Shown: positions 27,252 through 37,700 of the stretch, in pieces
How positions within the stretch are numbered: position 1 is the stretch's first letter
How the letters are laid out: each line of letters begins with the position of its first letter
From: an uncultured bacterium
GTDB lineage: Bacteria; Krumholzibacteriota; Krumholzibacteriia; Krumholzibacteriales; CAZTHK01
Direction: 5' to 3'
Length of the DNA stretch: 64,000 nt
Assembly: GCA_964613215.1 (NCBI GenBank)
Contig: CAZTHK010000001.1
Span: 99,486 to 163,485 of the forward strand
Made by a program: the position numbers and the translations under genes
The notes under the pieces: model-generated
Database searches by the model: none
What the model saw: only the letters and a program-made list of their open reading frames with translations
What the model was told of the DNA's origin: nothing

Positions 27252-27962
27252 TTGAGAAAACGACTGGAAAAGATCGCCGGTAAGGATAAGCGCGTAATTA
27301 TAGGGATAACCACGGGTAATCCCCCCTACCGGCCTGGGGCTGCAATAGTGGAAGTGAGCGGCAATGGTGAAAAGACCGTTCTGGATCTTCATTACTTTCA
27401 CAGTATCTCTTTACCGGCTGATTTTATCAAAGCGGTAAAGGCACTCGACCGTGGAGCGGAGTTTGACAGGGAGGATATGACCGGGATCAGCTTTCTTCTG
27501 ATGCACAGCCTTTCCAATCTGGTTCAGACTCTGCTTGATCTGATTCAGGCGGATAATTCAGATGTTGATCTGATAGGGCTTAAATGCCTGGAGGTAAGTG
27601 GCAAGATACTACCCCAGGATCTGACCGCTTTCAGCGAGATGACCGGTAACATCGTGGCCAGCAAATTTGGTGTAGTTACCGGGGGTGAGGGGGATGACTA
27701 TCTTTCTCTGAACCAACAGCTTTTTTACGGTATGGTCGGCGATATGGTGGAAAAATACGGGCTGGAGGATGATGTAAGGGAAGCGGTGGGAGTGGCTCTG
27801 CTGGCCAATGAATCTTTATTCTATGAAAGCAGCAAAGAACGCGGGGAAGAGGAGAACGGAGACGAATATGGGGGCAGGTTGAGCCTGCAGACGGTTAAGA
27901 GGACCGGGGATAGAGACCGGTCCCTGCTCCGGGGACAGTTTTTCTTTCCCAGTGACGACTGA
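27252..27962 (+). CDS. Hypothetical protein; N-terminus weakly resembles anhydro-N-acetylmuramic acid kinase (AnmK), possibly a truncated or divergent copy
   Basis: TTG start after GGAGGGG. The segment RVIIGITTGNPPYRPGAAIVEV resembles the AnmK GxMSGTSxDGxD motif. At 236 aa it is much shorter than AnmK, which is about 370 aa. Confidence 0.4.
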   Translation: MRKRLEKIAGKDKRVIIGITTGNPPYRPGAAIVEVSGNGEKTVLDLHYFHSISLPADFIKAVKALDRGAEFDREDMTGISFLLMHSLSNLVQTLLDLIQADNSDVDLIGLKCLEVSGKILPQDLTAFSEMTGNIVASKFGVVTGGEGDDYLSLNQQLFYGMVGDMVEKYGLEDDVREAVGVALLANESLFYESSKERGEEENGDEYGGRLSLQTVKRTGDRDRSLLRGQFFFPSDD

Positions 27963-28017
27963 GGAGCCCGGGACAATATAATATTTCACCGTTTTGATAG
28001 AATTTATACAACCATAA

Positions 28018-29364
28018 ATGAGACATAATAATAGTGATATTACCATAGGGTACAGTAATCACGATTCAGTGAAGAAAACCACCTTAATCCTTTTCAGTTA
28101 TGCCATCATATTTTTTCTTCTTTATTCCTGCGTGGGACCGGGGATGCCGGAAAGACCCCTTCCTGATGAAGAGCCGGTGATACCATCGGCGGCACCGGGG
28201 GAACCGCCTCTGGTCAGGGTACTGGTGGGCAGGGCCAGTAGCAGGGTACGTATAATTGCCCAGGGTGGTGTTTCGGTGGGAAAGGGTCCGGCTATGGTTC
28301 CCCTCAGAAGTTTCAGGGAGGGAGGTACCTTTATCTTCAGGTCCGGTGCAGGAGTGGTGGCCGGGTATGCGGGGAACAAGTATCTGATGGAGGATGAGGT
28401 ACTGGCGATACATCCCCACGGGGGGGGGAGGGTATTTCTAAACGGTAGACCATACAGGGGTGGATTTATACTCAGGCTATCGGGGAAGGGGGTAATAGCC
28501 ATAAACGTTCTGGAGGTGGATGATTACATAAAGGGAGTGCTCCCTGCTGAAATAGGATATCTGGATGATTCTCAGTACCAGGCGTACCGGACTCAGGCTA
28601 TTGCCGCCAGAACATACGCTCTCAGCAAGTTGAAAGAGAAAAAGAACCGTCTCTTCGATTTGAGGGCAACTGTAATGGATCAGGTGTACCGGGGAGTAAA
28701 GGGGGAAATGCCCACCGCTTCAGAGGCGGTGGAGGATACCAGGGGGTTGGTATGTCTCTGGAAGGGGAAGCCGGCAAGGGCTTACTATTGCGCTTGTTGT
28801 GGAGGCCATACGGCCGATATAAGGGTGGGATGGTCCTGGAAGGAATCCTATCCCTACCTGTACGGAGTGAGGGATACGGCGGGAAATAATAACCCCGGCT
28901 CTCTTTGCCGCTATTCAAGTCATTTTCGCTGGAGAGAGAGTTGGACCGGAAGGGAGTTGGAGAGGATGTTCAGAGAGACCCTTCCCGCCGAGTTGGGTGT
29001 TGAGAGGAGCAGGGTGGGCAGGCTGCGGGATATAAGAATAGGGGGCTATGCCCGCAGCGGAAGGGTGAGGAAATTGATGATTTATACCGACCGGGGAGAT
29101 TTCCGGGTGGAGGGTGACCGAATAAGGTGGGTGCTGATGAGGGATGTTGGCTCAGGTGCTATTTTGAGAAGTACCCTGTTTAAGATGAAGGTTTTCAGAA
29201 AAGATGGGGTGGTGAGAGAGGTTCGTATCAGGGGGGGTGGAAATGGCCACGGTGTAGGGATGTGCCAGGCTGGTGTTATAAGAATGGCCGAACTGGGCTA
29301 TGCCGCTGAGGAGATTCTCACCCATTACTATCCCGGTGTGAATATCGATTATTATTACCGGTGA
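28018..29364 (+). CDS. SpoIID/LytB-domain protein (lytic transglycosylase/amidase-enhancer family)
   Basis: SpoIID-domain signature …YLDDSQYQAYRTQAIAARTYALSKL…CCGGHTAD…, with an N-terminal lipoprotein-like signal. Confidence 0.85.
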   Translation: MRHNNSDITIGYSNHDSVKKTTLILFSYAIIFFLLYSCVGPGMPERPLPDEEPVIPSAAPGEPPLVRVLVGRASSRVRIIAQGGVSVGKGPAMVPLRSFREGGTFIFRSGAGVVAGYAGNKYLMEDEVLAIHPHGGGRVFLNGRPYRGGFILRLSGKGVIAINVLEVDDYIKGVLPAEIGYLDDSQYQAYRTQAIAARTYALSKLKEKKNRLFDLRATVMDQVYRGVKGEMPTASEAVEDTRGLVCLWKGKPARAYYCACCGGHTADIRVGWSWKESYPYLYGVRDTAGNNNPGSLCRYSSHFRWRESWTGRELERMFRETLPAELGVERSRVGRLRDIRIGGYARSGRVRKLMIYTDRGDFRVEGDRIRWVLMRDVGSGAILRSTLFKMKVFRKDGVVREVRIRGGGNGHGVGMCQAGVIRMAELGYAAEEILTHYYPGVNIDYYYR

Positions 29365-29368
29365 CCAT

Positions 29369-31009
29369 ATGATTGATGATGTTATAAAAGGTGTATCCCC
29401 CCATATGATTGCGGGGGTGAAGGGTCCATCTCTGACCGAAAGGGAAATCGATCTCTTTTCTCTGTATCCCCCCGGAGGAATTATTCTTTTCAGCCGTAAC
29501 GTAAACGGCAGGGATCAGTTGAATAATCTTACCGGAGAGATAAACGAGATCATAACCAGGAGTTCCGGCAGGGCTCCCATTATTGCCGCCGACCACGAAG
29601 GAGGGATAATTTCAGTTCTGGCGGAGGCAACAGGTGTTCCTCCTTCTGCTCTGGCGATGGGTAAAGTGGAAGATAAGGAGGTCAGGTTACAGGTATACCG
29701 GGATAGTGCCAGGCTTCTGAAGGGTTGCGGGGTGAATTTACTGCTTGCTCCGGTTGCTGATGTAAATTCTGAGCCCCTCAATCCGGTGATAGGCCAGAGG
29801 GCTTTCGGGGAGGAGGTGGATTTGGTTTCTTCCATGGTTGCTGAGTTCGTCGCTGTCATGCGGCACCATGGTATAGGTACCTGCCTGAAGCACTTCCCCG
29901 GTCATGGATCATCCCGCCAGGATTCACATCTGACCCTTCCCCGTCTTGATAGGTCACTCCATCAGATGATGGAGAGCGATATGATTCCCTTTATCCGGGG
30001 GATGGAGCGAGGTGCCGATTCAGTAATGATAGGTCATCTGCTTCCAGCCGGGAGGGATCTTCCCTGTACCATCGATAGATATGTAGTGGAGGGATTGCTC
30101 CGGAAGAAATTCTGTTTTGAAGGTATAATTCTTACCGATGCCATGGAGATGAAGGGCATCTCCGGAACAGGCAGAGCTGGAGATAATGCTGCAGGAGACT
30201 ACTCCCTGATCGAGCTGATCTCTCTGGCATTGAGAGCGGGTAACGATGCAGTGCTCCTCTCCGGGCCCTACCGGGAAGTTACAGATATGTTGATCAGTTC
30301 CGGCCATTCCGGGATTGACTGGCCGGAACGCATCTATGAATCGGAGGGGAGGCTTAATAGCTTCAGGGACCATCTGGGTGATAATGATAACGAGCCCGGC
30401 CGGGGTATTGAAGAGCTGTCCACTCCCCCGGAAAGGGAGGTTGCTGGTGTTAGATTCGGCGGAAGGATAGATTTGTATCCTTCTTCTTACAGAGTGGCGG
30501 CGGAGGAATCGGTGAAGTTGCTTGAACCTGCCGGTATTTTCCTGCCCCTCCCAGGGCCCGGGGATGTGTTGCTGGATTTTGTGGGGGAAATGGATGATTT
30601 TGAGAATGTGCCGGTAAAGAGATTTATCCGGTTGATTCTGAACAGGTGGGAGGAAGTGGCAGGGAGGAGGCACAGATCTGATCCGGGGCTTAATAATTTA
30701 GATTCATTCCCTTCACCCCTGGCGCTTTGCCCGGATGAACGGACCCCTTCAAAAAAAAATGAAGCTCCTCTGTATAGTTTCAGGGAGGGGAAAATGGAAG
30801 ATCCCGGCGCAGTGATAGTCTTTCTGCTCAACCGGAGGCCGCTGGAAAAGAATATGGTGGATAGGGTAATTCATCATGCGGATATAGTGGTGGTGGGAGG
30901 ATGGCATTATGCTTCTGAACTGGTCGGGCCGGAGAAGTGCCTTCTGATAAGTTATGGGATTTTTGATGCATCGGCTGATGTAATCGGATCTATCCTTGGT
31001 ATAGGCTAG
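29369..31009 (+). CDS. nagZ: GH3 beta-N-acetylhexosaminidase (NagZ-like) with C-terminal extension
   Basis: GH3 N-terminal domain with the KHFPGHG motif and the catalytic region …ILTDAMEMKGI…. Confidence 0.85.
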   Translation: MIDDVIKGVSPHMIAGVKGPSLTEREIDLFSLYPPGGIILFSRNVNGRDQLNNLTGEINEIITRSSGRAPIIAADHEGGIISVLAEATGVPPSALAMGKVEDKEVRLQVYRDSARLLKGCGVNLLLAPVADVNSEPLNPVIGQRAFGEEVDLVSSMVAEFVAVMRHHGIGTCLKHFPGHGSSRQDSHLTLPRLDRSLHQMMESDMIPFIRGMERGADSVMIGHLLPAGRDLPCTIDRYVVEGLLRKKFCFEGIILTDAMEMKGISGTGRAGDNAAGDYSLIELISLALRAGNDAVLLSGPYREVTDMLISSGHSGIDWPERIYESEGRLNSFRDHLGDNDNEPGRGIEELSTPPEREVAGVRFGGRIDLYPSSYRVAAEESVKLLEPAGIFLPLPGPGDVLLDFVGEMDDFENVPVKRFIRLILNRWEEVAGRRHRSDPGLNNLDSFPSPLALCPDERTPSKKNEAPLYSFREGKMEDPGAVIVFLLNRRPLEKNMVDRVIHHADIVVVGGWHYASELVGPEKCLLISYGIFDASADVIGSILGIG

Positions 31010-31156
31010 TATCTATTCGCTCTCCGGTGAAACTCCGGTTAAATTTCCGATTGACATTTAAACTATTCTCTATTATAAATTAAACACTTGGCAGATAGCT
31101 GCCAATTTTTAGTTTTAATAAGTTTAAGCTCCGGTGCGTAGCATGCAGATAATACA

Positions 31157-31234
31157 GGGGTCGTAGTTCAGATTGGTTAGAACGCCGGCCTGTCACGCCG
31201 GAGGTCGCGAGTTCGAGTCTCGTCGGCCCCGCCA
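31157..31234 (+). tRNA. tRNA-Asp (anticodon GTC), encoded CCA
   Basis: Manual cloverleaf: 7-bp acceptor GGGGTCG/CGGCCCC, D-arm, anticodon stem CCGGC/GCCGG with loop CTGTCAC, T-arm GCGAG-TTCGAGT-CTCGT, discriminator G, then CCA. Confidence 0.95.
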
Positions 31235-31240
31235 TAAGAA

Positions 31241-31280
31241 AGGTCCCGCATGGTAAGATCATGCGGGACCTTTGTCTTTA
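31241..31280. terminator. Bidirectional intrinsic terminator: AGGTCCCGCATG-loop-CATGCGGGACCT, with a T-run on the + strand (TTTGTCTTT) and a T-rich run on the - strand
   Basis: Perfect 12-bp stem directly after the tRNA. It lies between the convergent tRNA-Asp and RRM-protein genes. Confidence 0.7.
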
Positions 31281-31400
31281 ATCCGGACACCGAAGCCAGT
31301 GAAAATTTATATAAATTCTGAACCGGATTCAGTAAAAATGTTAACCGGATATAATACTCAGTGGTATATTTCCGGAAGGCAGTAACATTTCAAGTTGATC

Positions 31401-31670
31401 TTATCTGCCACCACCCTGGTTTCTCCTGGGTTTGGCTCCATCTACCTTTACCGCTCTTCCGCCGACTTCTGTGCCGTTAAGCTCATTAATAGCTTTCTCG
31501 GCATCTTCCTCATTTTCCATTTCCACAAAACCGAATCCCTTTGAACGGCCGGTATATCTGTCTGTTATTATCCTGGATGAGCTAACAGTTCCAAAAGGAG
31601 CGAAGATCTCCTTGAGTTCGTCGTCCGTGGTTGAATAAGGAAGGTTACCAACATAAATATTCTTTGACAT
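31401..31670 (-). CDS. RRM-type RNA-binding protein (glycine/arginine tail)
   Basis: RNP-2 IYVGNL and RNP-1 KGFGFVEM motifs. 89 aa. Confidence 0.9.
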   Translation of the reverse strand: MSKNIYVGNLPYSTTDDELKEIFAPFGTVSSSRIITDRYTGRSKGFGFVEMENEEDAEKAINELNGTEVGGRAVKVDGAKPRRNQGGGR

Positions 31671-32452
31671 TTTTCCCGAGTCCTTTCAAAAATCAAGCAA
31701 CTAAAAACAATTAATAGAACTTTTTCTTGCTCTGCTATAAAACCTCCTTCCGTTATGGCAACTAGCAGGACTTACCAGCCTGTTACATCGCCGGTTCAAA
31801 CCTCATGAGATTTTAATCGAACAGAATGTCCTGGAAGTTAATCAGGCAGGAGTGACACTGTATCGATCGATCTCTGCTATCTAATCATTAACTTGGATAA
31901 AACCCCAATAAACACGTACTCCTTTTTCTGACCTCAATTCAAGTATACAATGTTTTTGCCCTGATTGAAACAAAAAATTTATTCCGGCAACCGGTTGTTC
32001 TCTGAATCAACATAGTGATTTTGCTGACCCGGAAGGGAGTGACGGGTGGATAAATTTTTAAATTATTGATTTGCCGGGCTGTGCTTGATACTATCTGTTG
32101 CTGGACTCCCTCTTTATTCAGGCGATAAAACCTGAAGGATGGGATTCAGTTCAAGATAAAGCAACTGATTGTGTTATCCAACCATACGCAGAGAGGAGTT
32201 TCATTTGCCTGCTGGTGATTGAATGGCAGCTAGCCACGGGCTGTGGAGCAGAAGTCAAGTTCTGAAAAGGTTTCCGGGGATTTTCCCGCCGGCCTCTGGG
32301 TCTTCTTTCAACCGGAGAGAAGACGGAAATCTTCCGGATGCCGGGATAGTATGCGGGAGTAAATAATTTACCCGGTCAGATGACAAAGCTCATAAATTGT
32401 GCATTCCAGATGAAGAAAGTATCAATAGGAATATAACGACGGATTTGTTGTT

Positions 32453-34048
32453 ATGGAGGTGAACGGTATGAATAGCAGAGTTGGCTTTTACATTTTCTGG
32501 GGTATAGCAATTGGCATCATGGTGGCGGGCGGTCAATATGCAATGGCCTGTACTTCCATTACGGCAGGCAGGGATGCATCCGCAGATGGTTCGGTTATCA
32601 CCTCCCACACCTGTGATAGCCGAAAGGACCGAACCTGGTTAAACATTATCCCTGCTGCAAAACATGGAGAAGGGGAGGAGTGCCTGATATATTCAGGCCT
32701 GCGTTTTATCTCCGGGCCGGGAGATATCTCCGGTGCTGAAATTGTGAAGAGAATCAATCAGGTAGAGGAAACCTATGGTTATATCAACACTGCCTATCCC
32801 TGCATGAACACCAGGCAGCTGGCTATCGGTGAGTCCACCTTCGGAGGACGCAAGGAGTTGAGGAACAAGGATGCTGCCTTCAGGTGCGAGGAGTTGTGCC
32901 GTATAGCCCTGGAGAGAGCGGCGACTGCCCGGGAAGCTATCAGGTTGATAGGCGAGTTGACCGCCCGGTACGGTTACAGCGACGGAGGGGAGTGTCTTAC
33001 TATTGCGGATAAGGAGGAGGTGTGGCATCTGGAGATAATTGGCTGCGGTTCCGGTTGCACCGGCTCTGTCTGGGCTGCCCGGAGGGTTCCCCACGGTCAT
33101 GTCAGCGTTAATGCCAACGCCAGCCGGATTATGGAGATAGATCTGGATAATCCGGATATGTTCATGGCCTCGGATAATGTATTTGATGTGGCGGAGGAAA
33201 ATGGCTGGTGGGATTCCGATTCGGAAGAGCCGTTCAGATTCTGTTATGCCTATAATCCGGAGGGAAGGGCCAGTATGGCTGCCCGCCGCCGGGAATGGAG
33301 AGTGCTGGACCTGCTGGCTCCCTCCCTGGGGCTGGATCCCAACTCGGAGAATTATCCCTTCTCAGTTGAGCCGGATAGCCTGGTTACGGTAAAAAAACTA
33401 ATGAAAATATTCCGGGACACCTATGAGGAAACTGAATTCGATATGACCAAATTCATGCTGGTGGAGGACCCCGGTAATGAGGGTAAGTTTATCAAGAGCC
33501 CCTATGCCAATCCCTTCATGCATTATGACATGATGCCCCTGTTCAAGATAAATGGAGGATGGGGCAGACTGGGGGAGCGGTGTATAGCCAGATATTACTG
33601 TACCTACGTTACCATAACCCAGTCCCGGAGCGATATGCCGGATCCGGTGGGGGGGCTGGTATGGCTGGGTTGGGATAATCCTGCCATGACTTCGTACGTT
33701 CCCCTTTACTGCGGGATCACCAATGTTCCCGGTTCCTGGAAGGTCTGCGGGAGGGACAGTTTCAGCAGAGACTGTGGCTGGTGGGCATTTAACCGGGTTG
33801 CCGATCTTTCCGCTCAGAAGTGGGGGGCCATGAGAGTGGAGGTGGATTCGGTAAGGGCATCATTCGAGCAGGAGGCTCTGTCGGGACAGGAACAGGTAGA
33901 ACGGAAGGCTGTCCAGCTGTACCGCCGCAACCCCCGGGAGGCGGTCAGGTACCTGACCGGTTATTCCAACGGGTTCTGCCGCAAGGTTACAGCGGCTTAC
34001 TGGGAGCTGGGTGATTATCTGTGGAGTAAGTATACCGGAAAGTTCTAA
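32453..34048 (+). CDS. Peptidase C69 family dipeptidase (Ntn-hydrolase fold)
   Basis: N-terminal nucleophile context …AMACTSITAGRDASADGSVITSHTCDS… is typical of the C69 family. A signal/TM segment precedes it. Confidence 0.8.
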   Translation: MEVNGMNSRVGFYIFWGIAIGIMVAGGQYAMACTSITAGRDASADGSVITSHTCDSRKDRTWLNIIPAAKHGEGEECLIYSGLRFISGPGDISGAEIVKRINQVEETYGYINTAYPCMNTRQLAIGESTFGGRKELRNKDAAFRCEELCRIALERAATAREAIRLIGELTARYGYSDGGECLTIADKEEVWHLEIIGCGSGCTGSVWAARRVPHGHVSVNANASRIMEIDLDNPDMFMASDNVFDVAEENGWWDSDSEEPFRFCYAYNPEGRASMAARRREWRVLDLLAPSLGLDPNSENYPFSVEPDSLVTVKKLMKIFRDTYEETEFDMTKFMLVEDPGNEGKFIKSPYANPFMHYDMMPLFKINGGWGRLGERCIARYYCTYVTITQSRSDMPDPVGGLVWLGWDNPAMTSYVPLYCGITNVPGSWKVCGRDSFSRDCGWWAFNRVADLSAQKWGAMRVEVDSVRASFEQEALSGQEQVERKAVQLYRRNPREAVRYLTGYSNGFCRKVTAAYWELGDYLWSKYTGKF

Positions 34049-34180
34049 ACGTCCGAAGTGGTAATTCCACGGGCTGTCCCGGAGTGAAAAGAGGTTTGAA
34101 TATTTATCTGCCGGCAGGCGCCCGTTCCGGATTATCTGCTTGCATTTGCGGGCAGGGAGGCAAACTCCGGTGCTCCGGGT

Positions 34181-34630
34181 ATGGCGGGGATTATAGTTTT
34201 TGCCTGCATGGTATTTGCTCCCCTGGCCGGATCGCTGGTGGACAGGGTGGGTAAGCGGGCCTCCCTTATGATTCTGGGTTCCCTGCTGATGATTCCGGCC
34301 CATCTGCTGATGGGAATAACCTATATCAATCCTGTGATATGCATGGTAGTGCTGGGGGCTGCCTTCGTTCTGGTTCCGGCCGCCATGCGGCCGTCGGTGC
34401 CCCTGATTATTTCCGAGAACAGGGTGGGAACCGCCTTCGGCCTGATGACCATGTTTCACAATTTTGGACTGGGCCTGTTTCCCTGGCTCAGCGGTGCCCT
34501 GCGGGATTTTACCGGTGACTATACCGCCAGCCGGATCATGTTCTCTTTTCCGGGAGTGCCGGGATTGATATTTTCACTGCTGCTGAAACGGGCCGATTCG
34601 AGAAGTGACCATATACTGAAAAGACCGTGA
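34181..34630 (+). pseudogene. Remnant of an MFS transporter gene (C-terminal ~150 aa, TM helices only)
   Basis: Translation resembles the last helices of an MFS protein (…LAGSLVDRVGKR…). The frame is closed by a TGA at 34097, so no N-terminal half can be encoded upstream. Confidence 0.5.
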
Positions 34631-34775
34631 ATTCTCCTCTAACAATCCGGCGGGCAGAGTCCTGCGGACTTGCCCGGGGGTGAATGTGAACTCCGCCCCA
34701 ATGAGCGGCGAGCGAAGCTGGTATTTTGATCAAGCGCCATGGGCTTGCACATGGTTATCTACCCGCCGCTGAATA

Positions 34776-37700
34776 TCATCTGCTGAGGATATTGAACAGA
34801 TCCTCCTCCAGGGAAAGGCGGGGTTTTTCGATTATACGTCCAAGTTCCTCTCCCTTCCGGTAGATAATGAAGGTGGCCACCCTCTCCACCCCGTAGTGTT
34901 CCTTGATCCTGTCCGACCAGGAGATTAATTTCTGATCGATCCCCATATCGGCAGTGAATCTGGAACTTGCCACCGCCAGCATTTCCATTCCGGAGGGGGG
35001 ATATCCGGCCATTTCCAGAATCTTCCACATCCTGGGAACATCCCGTCTGGAGTCACTGCACCAGGTGCCGAAGATACAGGTTATGCTCACATCCTGAAGC
35101 CGGGATGCAATATTTCCCGCTGTCTGTTCCCCGGGCTGATAGCTGATATATTCATCGGTCCAGCCGGGGAAGTTCTGCTCGATGTCCTCCCGGGAAGTAT
35201 TCCCCAGCAGCAGTGTTCCTGTCCCCTCAATATTTATTTTATGGGTCTCCATTTCCAGGAGCGCTTCAGCGGAAGATTCCTGTGCCTCTGTCCCTTCCTC
35301 TTCCAGAGGGGGATACATGTCATTCCACCATTCCGGCTGACCTTTGAGCCATCTGTCGAACCAGGCCAGCTGAGCATCCGACCACTTTATCCTCTTCTTA
35401 TATTCCAGGATAAAGTGATTCTGGCCGGCGAAACGAAGATATTCCACCTCTCTGCCCAGGATTTTCAGGGCGGTGTACATCTGTTCACTCTCTCCCGGTG
35501 GAACATTGGTATCGCTGGTACCGTGGAGCAGCAGCAGAGGTGTATGGATCTGATCCGCCGAATAGAGGGGGCTCTGCTGGACGTAAATGTCCGGCCTGTT
35601 CCAGGGAAAACTGTTGGCTGCCGAGACGGCGTTGTAGGCATAACCCCAGTAGCCCTCACCCCAGTAGCTGGTAATTGAGCTTATCCCGGCGTGGGATACA
35701 GCAGCGGCGAAGATATCTGTCCTGGTAACCAGAAGCTGAGTCATAAATCCTCCGAAAGAGGCACCTATGCATCCCACCGCTTCCTTATCCACGAAGGGAT
35801 GAGCAGCCAGGAATTTCTCTACCCCCTCGATTATCTCATCAGACACTGTTCTCCCCCAGTCGTTTACATGTCGGGCCGAAAAATCCTGGCCGAAACCGGT
35901 GGCTCCGCTGGGCTGAAGAACATATACCACATATCCCATGGAGGCCCAGAGGTTCTTGGGATATCTTCCTCCGAATGACCGGTTCACCGGAGAGGTCCCC
36001 CCGTAATAATAGACGATGCAGGGATATTTCCTTGACTGATCGAAATGGGGAGGATAGTGGATACGCCCCTTTATTACATCGCCGCCGGAACTGCGGAAGT
36101 CCCAGTTTTCCACCCTGCCAAGTTCGATCCGGCTGAAGGTTTCCCGGGCGGGTTTAAAGATTATCCTGCTTCTATCCCTGTCCAGATCCACCAGGTATAA
36201 GGCAGCCGGACTGTCCGCACTGACCCCTTCCACGACAGCCAGCCGGCTGGACCGGGATATATCTCCGCCCGAGATAACATCGGCATCTATTCGGATGAGC
36301 TCGATTTCGTCTCCGCCGGGATTGATCCGGTAGAGATTCACATGGGAGGTGTGTTCGGCGATGGCGTATATATATCCATCCTTCCTGTTCCACACCGCCC
36401 GGCGGATAGCCGGTGAGAATTGGGCAGTGAGAGCATTCACCTCATCCGTCTCCGGGTTGTAAATATAAAGCTGGGTATCATAATCATTGGGAATAGATTG
36501 GTTGGAAAGGTTGACACCCTTCTCGCCGAAGGCGGAAGGCCCGGCGGAGACAAGTATCTTTTCCCCTCCGGGAGACCAGGACGCTCCTCTCAGCCAGTGT
36601 CCTTTCCACAGAATCCGGGACTGGTGGGTGGCCAGGTCTATCAGTATCATTTCCGATACGCTGTAAGGCCTCTCTGAGAGATCCTCGTAGTTCCTTGTTA
36701 TCAGAACGGATTCAGCGGATGGGTGTATGTCGGCGGTATAAGAACTATGTTTTCCCGAGGTCAGTTTTCTTCTGATCCCCCCCGGAACGGATACCAGATA
36801 GAGATCAGAATGTCTTCTGGCATAACCGGGCCGGTCGGATAAGCCTCTCAGGCGTTTAACACCACTTTTGTCAGAGTCGGGTTTCCGGTTGACAGAATAG
36901 ATAATAAAGGAGGAGTTAGGGCTCCAGCTGTATGATGATAGATTTTCCACATCCTTGACTACTGTTTCACTCTCCCCGCTGTCCAGATCCAGAATCCTGA
37001 TAGTCCCTTTCTTCTTATCCCTCTTGATGTAGGATAGACGGTTACCCTCAGGAGCCCACTTAAGTCCGGAATAGGATCCGATGTCACGGATGGTCTGCAG
37101 TAATTTTCCATCCCTGGATGTTCTGATCTCGATCCATCTTTCGGTCTCACCCTCAGGGGGATTCTTTTCGGATAGGGAGAGGGCGATATGTTTTCCTTCC
37201 GGTGAGATTTCTACTCCTTTTATTGAGGGGGTGTCCATGATATGGTGGATATTCAGTGTGTTAACCGGAGAGAGACTGAGCCGGGGTGGCTGGGAAGTAT
37301 ACCGGCTGGATAGTTTTATCTTCACACTCCAGTATTCGGTGGTATCAGAGGGGGTTCTGACCGCTTTCACCATCAGCAGATGCTTGCCCCTTTTAAGCTT
37401 TGCCCTGCCACTGGTTCCCTCCGGAGATGTACCAGCGGTACTCTTTATTACCGCTTCGCCTCCCAGGTTCACCCGGAAGGGACTGGTGCTGTGGGCATTC
37501 ACAATAACTTCTGTCCAGCGGGGCACCTCCACATAGGCGGAAAGGTAAGCGATTCCGGGGATGTCCTCTCTCTCTTCCAGGATCACTCCACTGGTATCAC
37601 AGGAGACAGCCTCCCATTCCATCTTCTGGTTGTTTATCAAACTGACTCCGGTATCCTCCTCCGGCCTGATATTATCTGTCATCAGGTGCCGGAAGGAGAG

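Noticed and set aside
31080-31262. 60-aa minus-strand ORF overlapping tRNA-Asp
   Set aside because: It completely overlaps a well-formed tRNA and its terminator hairpin, and has no RBS. It is an ORF-finder artefact.
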